64,000 nucleotides of DNA from Paraspadella gotoi. Its lineage: Eukaryota; Animalia; Chaetognatha. The stretch covers positions 8,518,606 to 8,582,605 of the forward strand of contig CM119266.1 in assembly GCA_051294375.1 (NCBI GenBank), read 5' to 3'. Numbering within the stretch: position 1 is the first letter of the stretch; each line of letters opens with the position of its first letter. The translations under genes and the position numbers were made by a program. Below the pieces are notes generated by a model. The model searched no databases. It saw nothing but the letters and a program-made list of their open reading frames with translations, and was not told the DNA's origin. This document shows, piece after piece, positions 1 through 12,725 of this stretch.

Positions 1-3000
1 TGCTTCTTCTGTTGATGTTTGCGATTGTTGTCATGGTGACGTTGATGATGATCGTCGTCGAGATCGAAAGAGGAATCTCGGGCGTCGATTGTCGCGCTGA
101 AAGTCATCGATCCCGTCGGGTGAGAGGCAGAGTTGAAGACACTGCTGTGGTAGCCTGTCATAAAAAAATAATAACTTTGATACGAGTTTAAGATAAGTTT
201 AAAACGAAATACTAGAGACTTCAACCTTTAAAGTTAAACTTCAATATATGTACAGTGTACTAGAAACTTCTGAAAACAAACAAAAGCCAAAAATTGATTT
301 ACCAGAAGTGAGTGATGTATTCTTTCTCGACAATATTCTTCTCTCCTTTTCCTCTTTTTTAATTTTTTTCCCATTTTTGTTGTTCTCGTCGAAAACATTG
401 ATGATCAATGACGCCGATTGTGCTTTGTCTGGCTGGAGTTTTGTCGCGTTGTCAAAATCCCAAGACCTCGCAACTTCATTTGATGATTTATTGTTATTAT
501 TCGCTTTGTCCTTGCTCGAGTCGGGCCGACTGAGTCGCTTATCAAAGGCGTCCCTCGCGGCCAAAAATCGTTTGTTCAATTTGGCCTTTTTTGTCCAGCG
601 AAACCGTTTAAAGGTCGGGGAGACGGGAGCCGACTTTTCCGCCTTGATATCAAGGGGTCTGAATGAAAACATGAGATTTATTGCTACGTTAAAGTCGGTT
701 TAAACAGTAAGTGTTCAAAACTACCTGCCCGATAGTCTCTGTTTGTCATTCACTCTTAAATGATCCACTCTGTCCAAGCTTGAAGCTCTTTGTCGAGTTG
801 CAGCTTCCGGATTAGACGCGACAGACATAGGCGAGATTGCTCTCGAACCAATAGCAGACGCTATCGCAGAACCCGTGGCAGTAATCCCAGAGCTTAATCC
901 AAACCCGGGCATTCTACTTCCCTGTTTTCTACCGCTTCGAGCAAATTTGTGTCTTTTGAAAGCCGCGGTGCTGTCGAAAGATGCGCTGGCCAGTGGGTCC
1001 GCGGTATTGTCATCTCCAGGACTCTGAGATGTTCCATTAAATCCTGGTTTAGGAGTATTGATGCCGCCGGATCCGCCGCACTCTTCGTTGGTGAGTTCGT
1101 GACGAACGATTCCGCTGAAGATGAGCTCCTCCTTTTCCTCCTCCGCATCTTCAGTGTCTTCGGGGTCATCGTCTCTCGATAGTAGAGTCGTTTCGGTGTT
1201 GCTGCTTCGCTTCCGTCGACGCCATTCGTCTCCCCCTTCCAGGATGATTACGTGGGACTCGTCATCCAAGTCGATAGACCTTTTCCAAGTTGCGGCGGCT
1301 GACGGTCCCGTTTCTTGATCGATACTGGGATAGCAAGATCGCGACAACCGACCGTCACGACGGCCAAAAGATTTTTTCTTGACTTGACTTTTCTTGTGGA
1401 CTTTGACGTCGTCGTCGTCGTGAGATCGTGGGCGTCGTTTGTTGGGACTGTGGTGGACTTTATCTGTGGATTGGTTCTGAAAAAAATATATATATATTTA
1501 CTTGACGATGTCGCTGAACAAACCAGTCATTTTGGAGATAGAATTTAATCAATGTACAACAATTAGTAGGGTACAAGTAATATTTTATTTCTAGTTATAG
1601 GCTATTAAACCTATGAATGAAAATAACAATAAATAAAAATAAACATAAATATAAAATCAATAAAAAATGTTTTGATAAATAAATGTTTTAAAATCTAAAA
1701 CTTAAAATAGTAAAAAAAAAGGAATTTTGTAATTTTCATAAAAACAAAACTCAAAACAAAACAAAAGAAAACTCAAAACGAAACAAAACAAAACGAACCT
1801 TTTGGCTCGGAGTCTTTCTCCCAGTTTCCCATCCGGCCTCATCGCCGGAATCATCAACGTATCCGGAATTCTCGGCGCAGACTCTTCGATCGAGGGGTCG
1901 ATTCTTAGCGGCGCGCCTTCCTCCCGCCTTCTTTCCTTGATGACGACGACGGAGACTCTGGCGGCCGCAGCCACTGGCGCCGTTGATGGAGCAATTGGAG
2001 GTCTGCCCCTCGGACGATGGATAGCGGCGCGACGGGCCGGCGTTTGAGTCGGTCGAGTTTTGACGGCTTTTATAATCCTTGGAGGAACAATGAAATATTT
2101 ATTAACAACCATGTAATAATGTAATATGTAATATAAAATATAGAATATGAAAATAAATAAATTGATAGAAAAAAAAATATTATAAAATCGTAAAACTTTA
2201 AATATTAATAACAAAAAATCTAAAAAGGATAAAATAGTGAAACAATTAACTTTTAATTTAACGTGCCCTCTCTTCTCACGTTGTAGAGACGTTTGGTCGG
2301 TGGAGGATTGTCGGACCGCCTTCTAAATCCCGCGCCGACGCCGACGTCGCCGCCGCCGCCACTTCCGGTCCGGCCTCGAGTGGCTCGTCCGGCGGTGTAG
2401 TCCTTCTCGTCGGAATATCGTCCTCGACGATCGCGCATTTCCCTTCGTCGGTGATTTCGATCGGCAGAGGGTGAACGAGGATCCTTGACGGATTCGAGGC
2501 TGAGCAGGTTGTGGCCGGTCAGGATGTGGTTGTGGACGGGGTTGTGGGCGTTATCATCTGAGCGTCCGGGAAGGTTGAAAGGCTTTTATTTTCGTTGTTG
2601 ACGATAGTGTGATTCGATCTTTTCATGAACAGAAAAAATTAAACAGAAAAATAGAAACAAAATGATTCTGGAGCTAACATGTTTTTATTTTTAATTTAGC
2701 GCTGATCTTTAGAAACTTCTGTCTCCTTCAAAGGTGCATAAAGACAGAGAGACAGACAGATGGACATCTGAGGAAGACAGAAGACTCTGAAAATCAGTGG
2801 GAAATTAAAAATAAAATCATGTTAACTCCAGAATTATTTTGTCTTATCCTGTTACTGGCATGAAAAGACCTAATCAATTTCTCGTGTACAACTCGATTCA
2901 TCCATTCGATCATTACGATCACTCTCACACCACAGAGCCACTAAATTACCACAACGACCACCTCTCTCGCTGCCACTCTCAATAGTGGGCACGCAGGAGT

Positions 3001-5107
3001 TTGAGCGCCCTCTGCTGTATTTCTGCACTCCTGCGTCGCAGCCGCCGATGCCGCCGCTGCCGCCGGGGTGAAGGAAGATGGAAGGGGTCAGTAGGAGATT
3101 CCCTGCGGCTGCTGCGAAGCTGGAGATGTTGTTGTTAGACATTGATGGAGACATGGATGCTGCTGAAGGAAGAAATGAATTTTGATATTAGAATCAACAC
3201 CTTCGGAACTTAAATTTACCCGAGAAAGCGTTCGCTTGCCTTAGGCTTAGTCTTGAGACAATGTAATGATACCAATGAGGTGCCGTGAGGGTGCAAAATC
3301 ATTGGTTTAAGAAAATTGGGGTATATTTGAGACAGAGTAACTGGCTCAATGAAGTGATATTATGTTTAAAAGGACCAGTCTCTTTTCTTTTTTACGCTAT
3401 GACAAACGCGTTGACTCTTGCTCATGTTATTATATTTAATTTTATTAGCCTGTTAATGTTTTTGTGCATCATTCTGTATCACTTGATATGAATAAAAACA
3501 GTTTATTATGGCAACGGGAGGATAGCCTGTGATACCCGGGGCGCGGGGTATCTCACTAACTGGCGTAGGGGCTGCGGACCCTCAGTGACCGGCTCCTGTC
3601 ACTGGCATGTTTATACCGGCACCGTCACATTTAAGCCAGAACCGGGATACCCGGGGATTGAACCCGGGACGCACGGATGGAATGAGATGATTTAGCCTGC
3701 TCAGCCATTGAGACGAGGCTGAGGACGGACAGCAGTGAGGCAGCTTTAAGTCTTGCTGCCACATTATGGTGGATTTTAGTTCGATTTTATACCGATACTG
3801 ATGCTGAAGCTTTTTATTATTTACGGGTTTTTTTGTTTACACTGATACTAATTACATTTCAATATTATTTTAAAGCTTTTTAACATTGAGTCATTGCGCC
3901 ATTGTACCATGGTGTCACTCTTTCTCACCAGATGACGACGCGCTGCTCAAGGAGCCGAGGACGCGTCGCCCGTCCTCGTCTCTCCCGGGCGGACGTCGAC
4001 TGTCGCAGTGACGAAGACTCTCGCAAAAATCGAAAGAGGGCGGAGCGAGGAGGTGCGCGTTGCGGAGGGAACATTCGCTGGTTCGTCTGCTGGAGTGTGG
4101 AAAGAGGGAGGAGAGGTTAAGGAGGGTGAGTTTGGAAAGAGGGAGGAGAAGGTAAGGAGGGTGAGTGAAGGTGGATCATTTACGACGAAGGAAAATCTAA
4201 AAAGAAAGACGAGTCACGAAATATAAAAGGAAATGATAACCTGAATGAATCTAACGGGGGAAAAATATCAAATCATTGCAACGAAGGGAAATATGTAAAA
4301 TATGTATAATATACATTGTATATGTATATATATATATATATATATTTTATATATATGTATACATATATGGAATATTATTTTAAAAAATGAGGTTTGATAA
4401 AAAGAAGTAACGACCTGAGTTTGGCCGCGTTCGGTGTTTCGAAAGTTCTGCTTTATTTTCTTTTTAAATTCCCGGCTCTCTTTTCCCAAAGCGCCCCATT
4501 CCTGTGATTTAACTCCACCTCTAACTTAATCTTTAAACCTAAAAAAAAGAAGATATTATTCCGAATTTAAGACGAAATGGGGTATTTCGGGAAAATAAGG
4601 CCAAATTCTCCCGGCAGCTTCTCAAAGCTCTATTCCACATCCATCCACCTGCGCAGCCTTACCTGGACATTTGCTGCGGAGTCTCAGCGAAGGTCTCCAC
4701 GATGTGCGGCACGGGGCCGTTGAAGAGTCCGTGGTCGGTCGGGTTGAAGATGCGGCTGTCGGGAGTCTCGATGAGGCCGTGGTCGAGTTTGTGCCGCATG
4801 ATTGCCGTCAGGGCCGGGGAGAGGTGGTTGGGGAAAGGGCTCGGGGGCGGACGCAGTACTTGGTGGGGGGGGAGGGGAAGAGAGTAATGTTTTTATTAGC
4901 GTAAGTTAGTTAAGTTTATTTAGTTAGTTGGGTTGATAGTTTGTGTCCAACACGGTTAGTTAGTTTAGTTGGATTAGTTATTTAGATAGTTTATTTAGTA
5001 ATAATATTAGTTATGAGGAATTCAGGTTTGATACAATTTATCCCTCAACGCGGCGAAACAAAATGGAACTGACGTTCGTTGTTTAAAAATTATCTCAATA
5101 ACCATTC

Positions 5108-5157
<50 letters not shown>

Positions 5158-8100
5158 TGCGGATTCGATCCCGCTCTTCCTGCCTTCGAGCTCGACGCAT
5201 CGCAATGAGCTGCTAATTTGCATCTTAAGGGAAGACGGATCCATTGATTTAAAAAAATTACGAAAAATTTGAAATATTCGAAACCTTGTCCCGATGGTCA
5301 TTGATTCACGTTTTCCTGGGCTACACGATGGACCAATCAAAAATTTTTCTAGTGGTCTACTTTTGGAGATATATGGTCAGAAGTAGGAAATATTAAAAAT
5401 GGTCTCTCTCTGAAAATAATAAGCTAGCCTAAACGATTTTAGTCACAGATACTTCAAATCAAGGCCTACTATTGGGAGTATGCTTTTTATTCTAATAGCA
5501 CAACTTTACTTGTAAAGTTATATTTAAAAAATTAAAAAAAATACTTTTATCTTTGTACAAATTATTTTGCTATGAAATAAGCATTGATTGCAAAATGAGA
5601 TACCGTAAATTAAGCAAGGGTTCGAATTGACATTGAATGCATTCACTTGAGTTTTATTGTGTCTTACTCTAAATGGATGCTTTTTTTTGGATGAAATTTT
5701 TTAAAATTTTAAAATTTAGCAAATATCATTTATTTACTCTAATTCCACCCTTGGAATCAGTTTTTAGAAGCTGCCCACAAATAAAAAGTGCAAAAACTAT
5801 TATTTGAAAAAAATCTGAGATCAGTGGTTTTATTTTTTATTTTTTACTTTTTGGGCTTACCGTGTTTTCAGGTTTTTGAAAGAAAAATTCGTTTCTGGTC
5901 TTTACTTTTTGGGTTTACCCTGTTTTCACCAAAAAGTTTTTGTTTTAATATATGAAAGATAATATGATATATTAAATTAACATTAGTAATAAAACCAAAT
6001 AGTGAATCAATGATTATCAAAAAAATATCCAAGAGGAGAGGCATTCAAGAACTAAATGTAGTAGTAATGTTAAATATCTCTGAATTGATTTCATAGTACA
6101 ATGGAGTGTTTACTATCATTACAACGCCTTGAATAATGGGAAGATAGGCTCAACTATGATATTAAATGTTCCATGAAAAGAAGTAGAATAAAAGCCAAAG
6201 ATGGGGACTATGGTGGACTAAAAATCCACCAACCGTTCATCAGCGGCCATTGGTGCCGGAGGCAAGTCATTCGCTCCCAACCCAAAGGTCCGGGGTCTCG
6301 CCCTGGCAGTTAAGAGGGACGGGCGCTTAACCCGCCTGTAACACGGTTTACAGCCTGATCCGAAGCTCAGGGACTGCTTTATTGAACGGTTCTATCACTA
6401 ACACATAACAATAATTACTGTCTCTTAAGGACCATTAATCCGACTGTGGTAAATACCAAAACTCACCTGATTCTTTCTGAGAATAAATAGCAGCGTGGCT
6501 AATTTATCTTGCTTGTGAAGTTAGAGAGACGAAAAATTGATTCAGAGGTCTTGAAATAATAAACAAAAAAGCAAGAGAAAAAAAAAACGAAAGAGAGTGA
6601 AAGAAAAGAAAGAAGAAGAGGGAAAAGAAAAGGATAGAAGGATAGAAAAAGAGAAAAGAGAAAGGAAAAGAGACAGAGAAAAAAGAAAGAAAGAAAAAAG
6701 TTAGAGTAAACAATGCCGCATCTGCCCCACGATCAAGCAAGTAATTTATTTAATTCAATTCAATGTTAACTAATGATTCATCACGTGACCACAACAAACC
6801 CCAGCAACGACGATGAGATCGGACCGCATATACACAATGCTGACTCCCTTCCGATAACACCACACTATGACGTGGATTGTGACTGATTGATTATTGATTG
6901 AATTAATTAATTAATAGATAACATATTGCATTTACATTTTAATATAAAAAGAAAATAAGCATAATCAATTAGTGAAACCAGGTTTTTTGTTTTTTTCCAT
7001 TTAATCTCATTTCCACTCTGACGATTCTTAGAAACTTGATTTCCTGCTTTAATCACAGTCAATCGCCCACTATACTACTATGAGCTAATTGGCGAATTAA
7101 AGTAGGGGGTTGTATGGACAAGACAGAATCATTTTTTGTGGCATAATAGCTCCATATGAATAGCAAATGGCATTCTAAAAATACTTGATAATGCTTCGCT
7201 GTTCCTCCAAAAGCTGTTGACTTCGAACAATTGGTGTGAGTTTTATTGCAAGACGTCGTCCAAGGCTGTGTCAATTAAATAGTACAAAAAGAGGACTAGT
7301 GTCGCGTAATCGGTCCGAGTCCCAGGAAGTGTCCAAGAGACAGAATTGTACTATAATTTAAAATCTGACAAAAAGATGCTCTAATATGGTAAGAGTTGAG
7401 TTTAAAAGCATTTGCCATACGTAGAGTGTCGCTATAACCACTCCGTGTTGCTCGTGACGGAACTGACACCTTACTCGTATTTTCTTGGTCGTGAACCTCC
7501 ATGCGGATGTCAAAATCGCGATGACTCTAAGATCGCACTTTTAGCAAGGACATTACCTCATTGATAGGTTCGTAATCGTTGAATATATGATAAACCGGCG
7601 AGAAATAAGCTAGAGCTGATGAGAAAAGGAGCACGAGAGGAAAACAATACAACAGAAACAAAGCATAGCCTCTTCAAGGGGTGGCCCTGGTCTCATGAGC
7701 GTTGTTCTCTGATTGGTCAGAGAAAACTAATATCCCAATGGTTCTGGTCCACTGAAGGTCAGTTGAGCGTAGGCTTCAGTCCATACAGTAGGTGGTCCCG
7801 GTATGACTTATTAGTGTGAGAGAAAGGATCGAAGTCATGCGTGTCATCGTAATTATGAGCATTTAAAAAGAGTGAATGCCAAATACGAAGAGTTGATGAA
7901 AGAAACCTTTGTGGAACCAACAAAGGGTCTTAGTTGACATTTTTGCAATTAATAAATTAGAACTTTTACTGGAACATTTCAATTTTCAAGCAACAATGGA
8001 ATAATTGTTTTTATTTATTTAGCACTAATACTAAAAAATTAATACAAATAAGGGAAAAATGTTGTATTGTAAAAAACTTGTTCATTTCATTTCTTCTTTG

Positions 8101-11100
8101 ATTCCAAACCACTTTTATACCAATTTTTAATACATGTGATTCTTCTTTTGAGGAGCCTGGTCAGTGTAATGCTTCTGAGATTGGACATTGCAATCGTTTA
8201 CTATTTTCATATAAATAGTTCAATTACTAATGTTTTTATATTTGGCCCTTTATTTAATTTTAGACTAGATAATAGAGTCGGAATCTGCTGATGACCAGAT
8301 CCTACTACAATTTAGAATTTGATCACTTATTTTATTGACAGATTTTAGTTTCATACAAGAAAGTTAAGAAAGCTAAGCTAAGTTTTTCGATCAATTAAAA
8401 AAATGGAAAGATGAACAAGTTAAAAAGCGTAAATTAATGAGTTTAATTTTGATATATAAAATTAAAAATAAAATAAAATATAAACCACTAACGCTGATTA
8501 ATGAGTTTAACATCCGCTGGTTTCGAGAGGCATTAATTTCTCTCTCACGCTAGGTTTCTCACAATAAAAATAATCATATATCTTCGCATCGATAAATTTT
8601 CTTGGCTGAGAGGCACGACTCGGATCTTGCCCAGTCGTCGAGTCCTATGGCATAACATTCCTGTTATAAATTTTATTACTAATTGCAAGCTCCTCAATGA
8701 TCATATCCTTGCTGATGTGGTGCTTATTCTACTGTAAATTATGAAAGGTTATTTTTTTATGTATTTATGCAATGCTTTGCATTTTAAAAGTTACCTGCTG
8801 AAGACCATTTCATATCTTTAAAAAACGTTAGCCTTTGCTGTAAGTAAATTCTGGTGGAGAGGCTTTCCGAGGTAGCAGATGGTAAATTTTCATTTTGTAG
8901 TGATGCCTACGTGGCCTCCATGTACGCCTCTCAGTTCTTAATACCTTTAAAAAAAGCTCACATAAAAACATATTTAATTCAAATTATTAAAACTATACTT
9001 GCTTGTTACAAAAACCATAAGCTTTTGGCCATAGTTATCATGTAATTCATAGTTAAAGGACAGTTAAGCAGAAGATGATATGATTCCTCATACGATGTGA
9101 GCATCATTGCGGTAGATATCCTCTTGCCCAGAAATGTTATCTTCATGCATGATTCTTTTAAATCTTTAACATTGAAAACAGGTAAAAATATAGTTAATGT
9201 GACTATATTTATTGCTGGATCTGCTTCCAGCATATCTCAGCTCTATAATTCACTTTGTCGGCTGTCGGTCGTCACCCAATATCTTGTCGGTAAGTCATAT
9301 ATATCATCTCAGAACATTGTTATTATTAGTTTAGTTTTTTAAGTTTGCTAATTTATTTTATTTTATCATAGTTGTACATTGTCAAATGTAAAGATTTTTC
9401 TCTTCTCTCTCTCTCTCTCCCATTCTCTCTCAATTTCATTTCACCAAACTTACTCCTTCCCTGTCCTTATGTCTCATGTCGTCATCATTGCCATTGCCTG
9501 CGTCGTTGCTTTTGTCATTGCTTTTGTCCGTCATCAGTAAACTGACAAAAAGACTAAAAACAAACAAGTTTAAGCAAACATGCTGGATTGATCAGATAAT
9601 TATTTAATTAATTAATCTGGGGATGAGCATCATTTCTAAAATATTTAGTATTTTTAAATAAATTTGGTACCAATTGACAGGAATTAAAATATTATCTACA
9701 TGCAAAATTTTATCAAAATGAAAAAAGTATGCCAGTTAGAAAAATAGTATGCAAGTTAGAAAAAATAGCATGCCAAATTGAAAAAATAGTATGCATACTT
9801 TTAAAAATGTATGCTTACTTTAAAAAGAGTATGCATATTTTGAAAAAAGGGTGCATACTTCAAAAAAAGTATGCATACTTCAAAAAAAGTATGCATACTT
9901 GTAAAAAATAGTATGCAAGATGAAAAAAATAGTATGAAGTTGGAAAAAAGTGCATACTATAAAAAAGTAGGCATACTTTAAAAAAGTATGCATACTTAAA
10001 AAAGTATGCATATTTTGAAAAAAAGTATCATATTTTGAAAAAAGTATGCATACTTTTTTCAACTTGCATACTACTTTATCACTTGCATACTACTTTCTCA
10101 ACTGCAACTACTTTTTTTAAACTTGCATACTACTTTTTTCACTTGCATATTACTTTTTTAACTTGCCATACTACTTTTTTTCAAACTTGCATACTATTTT
10201 TTCAACTTGCATACTACTTTTTGTAACTTGCATACCACTTTTTTCACTTGCATACTACTTTTTTTCAGCTTGCATACCACTTTTTTTCAACTGCCATACC
10301 ACTTTTTTTAACTTGCATACTAATTTTTTCATCTTGTCATACTACTTTTTTCAACTTGCATACTACTTTTTTCATCTTGCATACTACTTTTTTCAACTTG
10401 CATACTATATTTTTCAACTTGCATACTACTTTTTCAACTTGCATACTACTTTTTTTCAACTGCATACCACTTTTTTTCAACTTGCATACCACTTTTTTTA
10501 ACTTGCATACTCCTTTTTTCATCTTGCATACTACTTTTTCAACTTGCATACTATATTTTCAACTTGATACTACTTTTTCAACTTGCATATTACTTTTTTC
10601 AACTTGCATATTATTTTTTTTTAAAAACATACTTTTTTTTATCTTGTAGAGAAGACAATAAGCTATCAAAACCATACTGATATGTATGGTTTGTTTCTAT
10701 TTTACAAAGATCGAGCATTTTTTGGTAAAAAACGGCCTGACCAGTCCATTAAATACCATTTTTGGGCCATGATAAATGGGAATTTCGATCGCGCTCTACC
10801 TCTATTGGCTTCCCAAGAAGCCCAGCTTTCGAAATATGCCTCATATTGATAAGTTTTGGCCTTGAATATACAGTTTTGAATAGAAATGATTATAGAGGAA
10901 TCTTGATCGGAACTTCGATTCGAACGATGCGTATCCCTAATTAATCAATCAATCCAATCAACGTGGTATTAACCTCATCATTTTGCCATCTTGTCTCATT
11001 TTGTTATGGTTAGTGACTCTGAAGAAAAGACCTAAAAACAAAAAGTGTGTCAAGCAATGAGGCAATAGGCATTGTTTGCTCAAATTTGTTAATTAGAAAA

Positions 11101-12288
11101 CTACCCAAAATTATGTCCACAATATGAACTTTCATAATTGTACTAACCAATCTACTTTTCTTTGCCATAATTTCTTTATAAGTAAGTAAGGACTGGGTCT
11201 GTTTCTCTTTCTCTGATACAAAGTATAATTACTGATCATTTTTCATTTTTCTCACTTGATTGGAGTTCCATCTTGTAACGTTATACAGTTGAATCACTTT
11301 GTCAAATGAATAAAAAACTTTTTTTTTAAAAAAAAGGAAAAAAATTCAGGTAAAAGAAAACCTAGACTGTATAACAACTTTTTTTATCCAAGTTTTTTTC
11401 TGAGTAATCAGAGATGACATATTCTTAATGACGTTAGCTGCTTAATTTCTGATTAATCATTATAGGTTATTGTAAATTTTTCAGTACAAGAAAGAAACAA
11501 ACCAACTTTTTCTTATGGAAAAAAGCATCTCAGGGGAAAAAAATAAAATAAAGACTGAAGTTTATGTATTCAAATCATCAATTCATGCCTTTGCTACATT
11601 GCGAGTATCGATATGCGATCAATCGATGCTTTCTATGTAAAAGAATGCAAGTAGATGAAGGTTTTTTTCCTATTTTTTGTATTTCACTTTACAAGCAAGT
11701 TATGATCATAGAAAAAAAGTCACTACCAATTGTTAGCCATGATTCGAAGTATATAATACTAAAATCTGATTGGGCTATCTTCATTGCTTTCAGAGAGAGA
11801 TCATTGGAACATTTCCACTTCCTGACCCTGATATCTCAAAAAGTGATGACGACGAGAAAAATTTTGATGGTGCATCTTGTAGCCGGGAAAAAGCGAATTA
11901 ATGACCATCGGGACAAGACTTTCAATTTCTAAAATTTTAGCGTAATGTTTCATAAATCGATGATCCGTCTTCCCTTAAGTGACATTTAATTCGATTAAAA
12001 TTTTTAATTTAAAATTAAAATAAAACAATCCTCTCCCGGTTTCGATCGCGGGACCTTCCGGAGAGCAAAATAAAATAGCAACAACAACAACCAAAAAACC
12101 TATGCCGTCCGTGCTCGTCTCAGCGGCGCAGACTTCCGGCAAACAGCCGAGAAACCGGCGCCGGAATTTCCGCCAATCGCAGCGCCGCTTGAGGCAGACG
12201 ATGACGCCGACGGCGACGAAGACGCAGGCGACCATCACGATGCCCATGACGAGGGGGTGGTTCACCATGGCCATTGGGCCGGCTGGGG
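1..12288 (-). CDS. Multi-exon gene, predicted single-pass membrane protein with a long low-complexity (S/R/D/G-rich) C-terminal tail; both ends incomplete
   Basis: Hand-assembled GT-AG exons with consistent phases: 12288(gap)-12100 (TM segment LVMGIVMVACVFVAVGVIVCL followed by KRR), 4858-4663, 4089-3929, 3162-2950, 2557-2280, 2077-1799, 1476-725, 658-303, 154-1. Exons are GC-rich against AT-rich introns. No recognisable domain. Confidence 0.75.
3515..3783 (-). mobile_element. tRNA-derived SINE-like element (family B) carrying a twister ribozyme
   Basis: Minus strand: leader ACTAAAATCCACCA, A-box-like TGGCTGAGCAGG, B-box GGTTCAATCCC, then a twister fold and a GC-rich hairpin. GC-rich island within an intron. 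Confidence 0.7.
3560..3639 (-). ncRNA. Twister ribozyme, type P5 permutation (family B)
   Basis: CTGGC(P5) TTAA ATGT(P2') GA CGG(T1') TGCCGGTA TAA ACAT(P2) GC(T2) CAGTGAC-aggagccg-GTCACTG(P3) AGGG-TCCGCAGC-CCCT(P4/L4) AC GCCAG(P5'). Predicted U/A cleavage at 3613/3612. Confidence 0.85.
4481..4594. mobile_element. Short MITE (TIR ~TTTTCCCAAAGCGCCCCATT)
   Basis: Imperfect terminal inverted repeats ttttcccaaagcgccccatt / aatggggtatttcgggaaaa; the same termini recur near 34555, 53875 and 58466. Confidence 0.5.
6209..6426 (+). mobile_element. tRNA-derived SINE-like element (family A) carrying a twister ribozyme
   Basis: Near-identical to the reverse complements of 37667-37881 and 63282-63514. 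Order: GGTGGA/TCCACC leader hairpin, tRNA-like head (B-box partly deleted in this copy), twister, AAT-rich tail. Confidence 0.8.
6306..6377 (+). ncRNA. Twister ribozyme, type P5 permutation (family A)
   Basis: GCAGTT(P5) AA GAGG(P2') GA CGG(T1') GCGCT TAA CCC(P2) GC(T2) CTGTAA..TTACAG(P3) CCTGA-TCCGAAGC-TCAGG(P4/L4) G ACTGC(P5'). Predicted cleavage at 6328/6329. Confidence 0.85.
6895..7058 (+). repeat. Dispersed repeat (also ~15830-15975 and ~16055-16130)
   Basis: Shared string gcataatcaattagtgaaac-ggttttttgttttttccatttaa-ctcatttccact...gaaacttgatt. Confidence 0.6.
9720..10630. repeat. ~22-bp minisatellite (AACTTGCATACTACTTTTTTC) with an orientation switch near 10047
   Basis: Left part reads GAAAAAATAGTATGCAAGTT, right part is its reverse complement, with palindromic AAAAAGTATGCATACTTTTT units at the junction. 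Related units occur at 60625-60720. Confidence 0.85.
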
Positions 12289-12725
12289 NNNNNNNNNNNN
12301 NNNNNNNNNNNNNNNNNNNNNNNNNNNNNNNNNNNNNNNNNNNNNNNNNNNNNNNNNNNNNNNNNNNNNNNNNNNNNNNNNNNNNNNNNNNNNNNNNNNN
12401 NNNNNNNNNNNNNNNNNNNNNNNNNNNNNNNNNNNNNNNNNNNNNNNNNNNNNNNNNNNNNNNNNNNNNNNNNNNNNNNNNNGAGAGAGAGAGAGAGAGA
12501 GAGAGAATGAATGAATGAATCTTCGGATATGGCACTGGGCACGCTTTCTGCGGCCTACATGACCTTTTAGTAAAAAGCTTTGTTACTAAAAATCAAACGA
12601 AAAGCACAGAGATTGGAAAATTATGAATTCCACAACAATAGTCAATGCTACAATTAGAGTTAATCGGTACTAATTTCTAAATGGTCTTTTATCTTTTTTC
12701 AGACAATATAAATAGTGTGGATAAG

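Noticed and set aside
248-703. Plus-strand 151-aa ORF
   Set aside because: Antisense shadow of minus-strand exon 658-303.
7269-7939. Possible solo LTR (TGTCAA...TTGACA)
   Set aside because: No TSD and no second copy in the window.
9729-10649. Cluster of ORFs with LHTTFFN / KLKKVVC repeats
   Set aside because: Translation artefacts of the 22-bp minisatellite.
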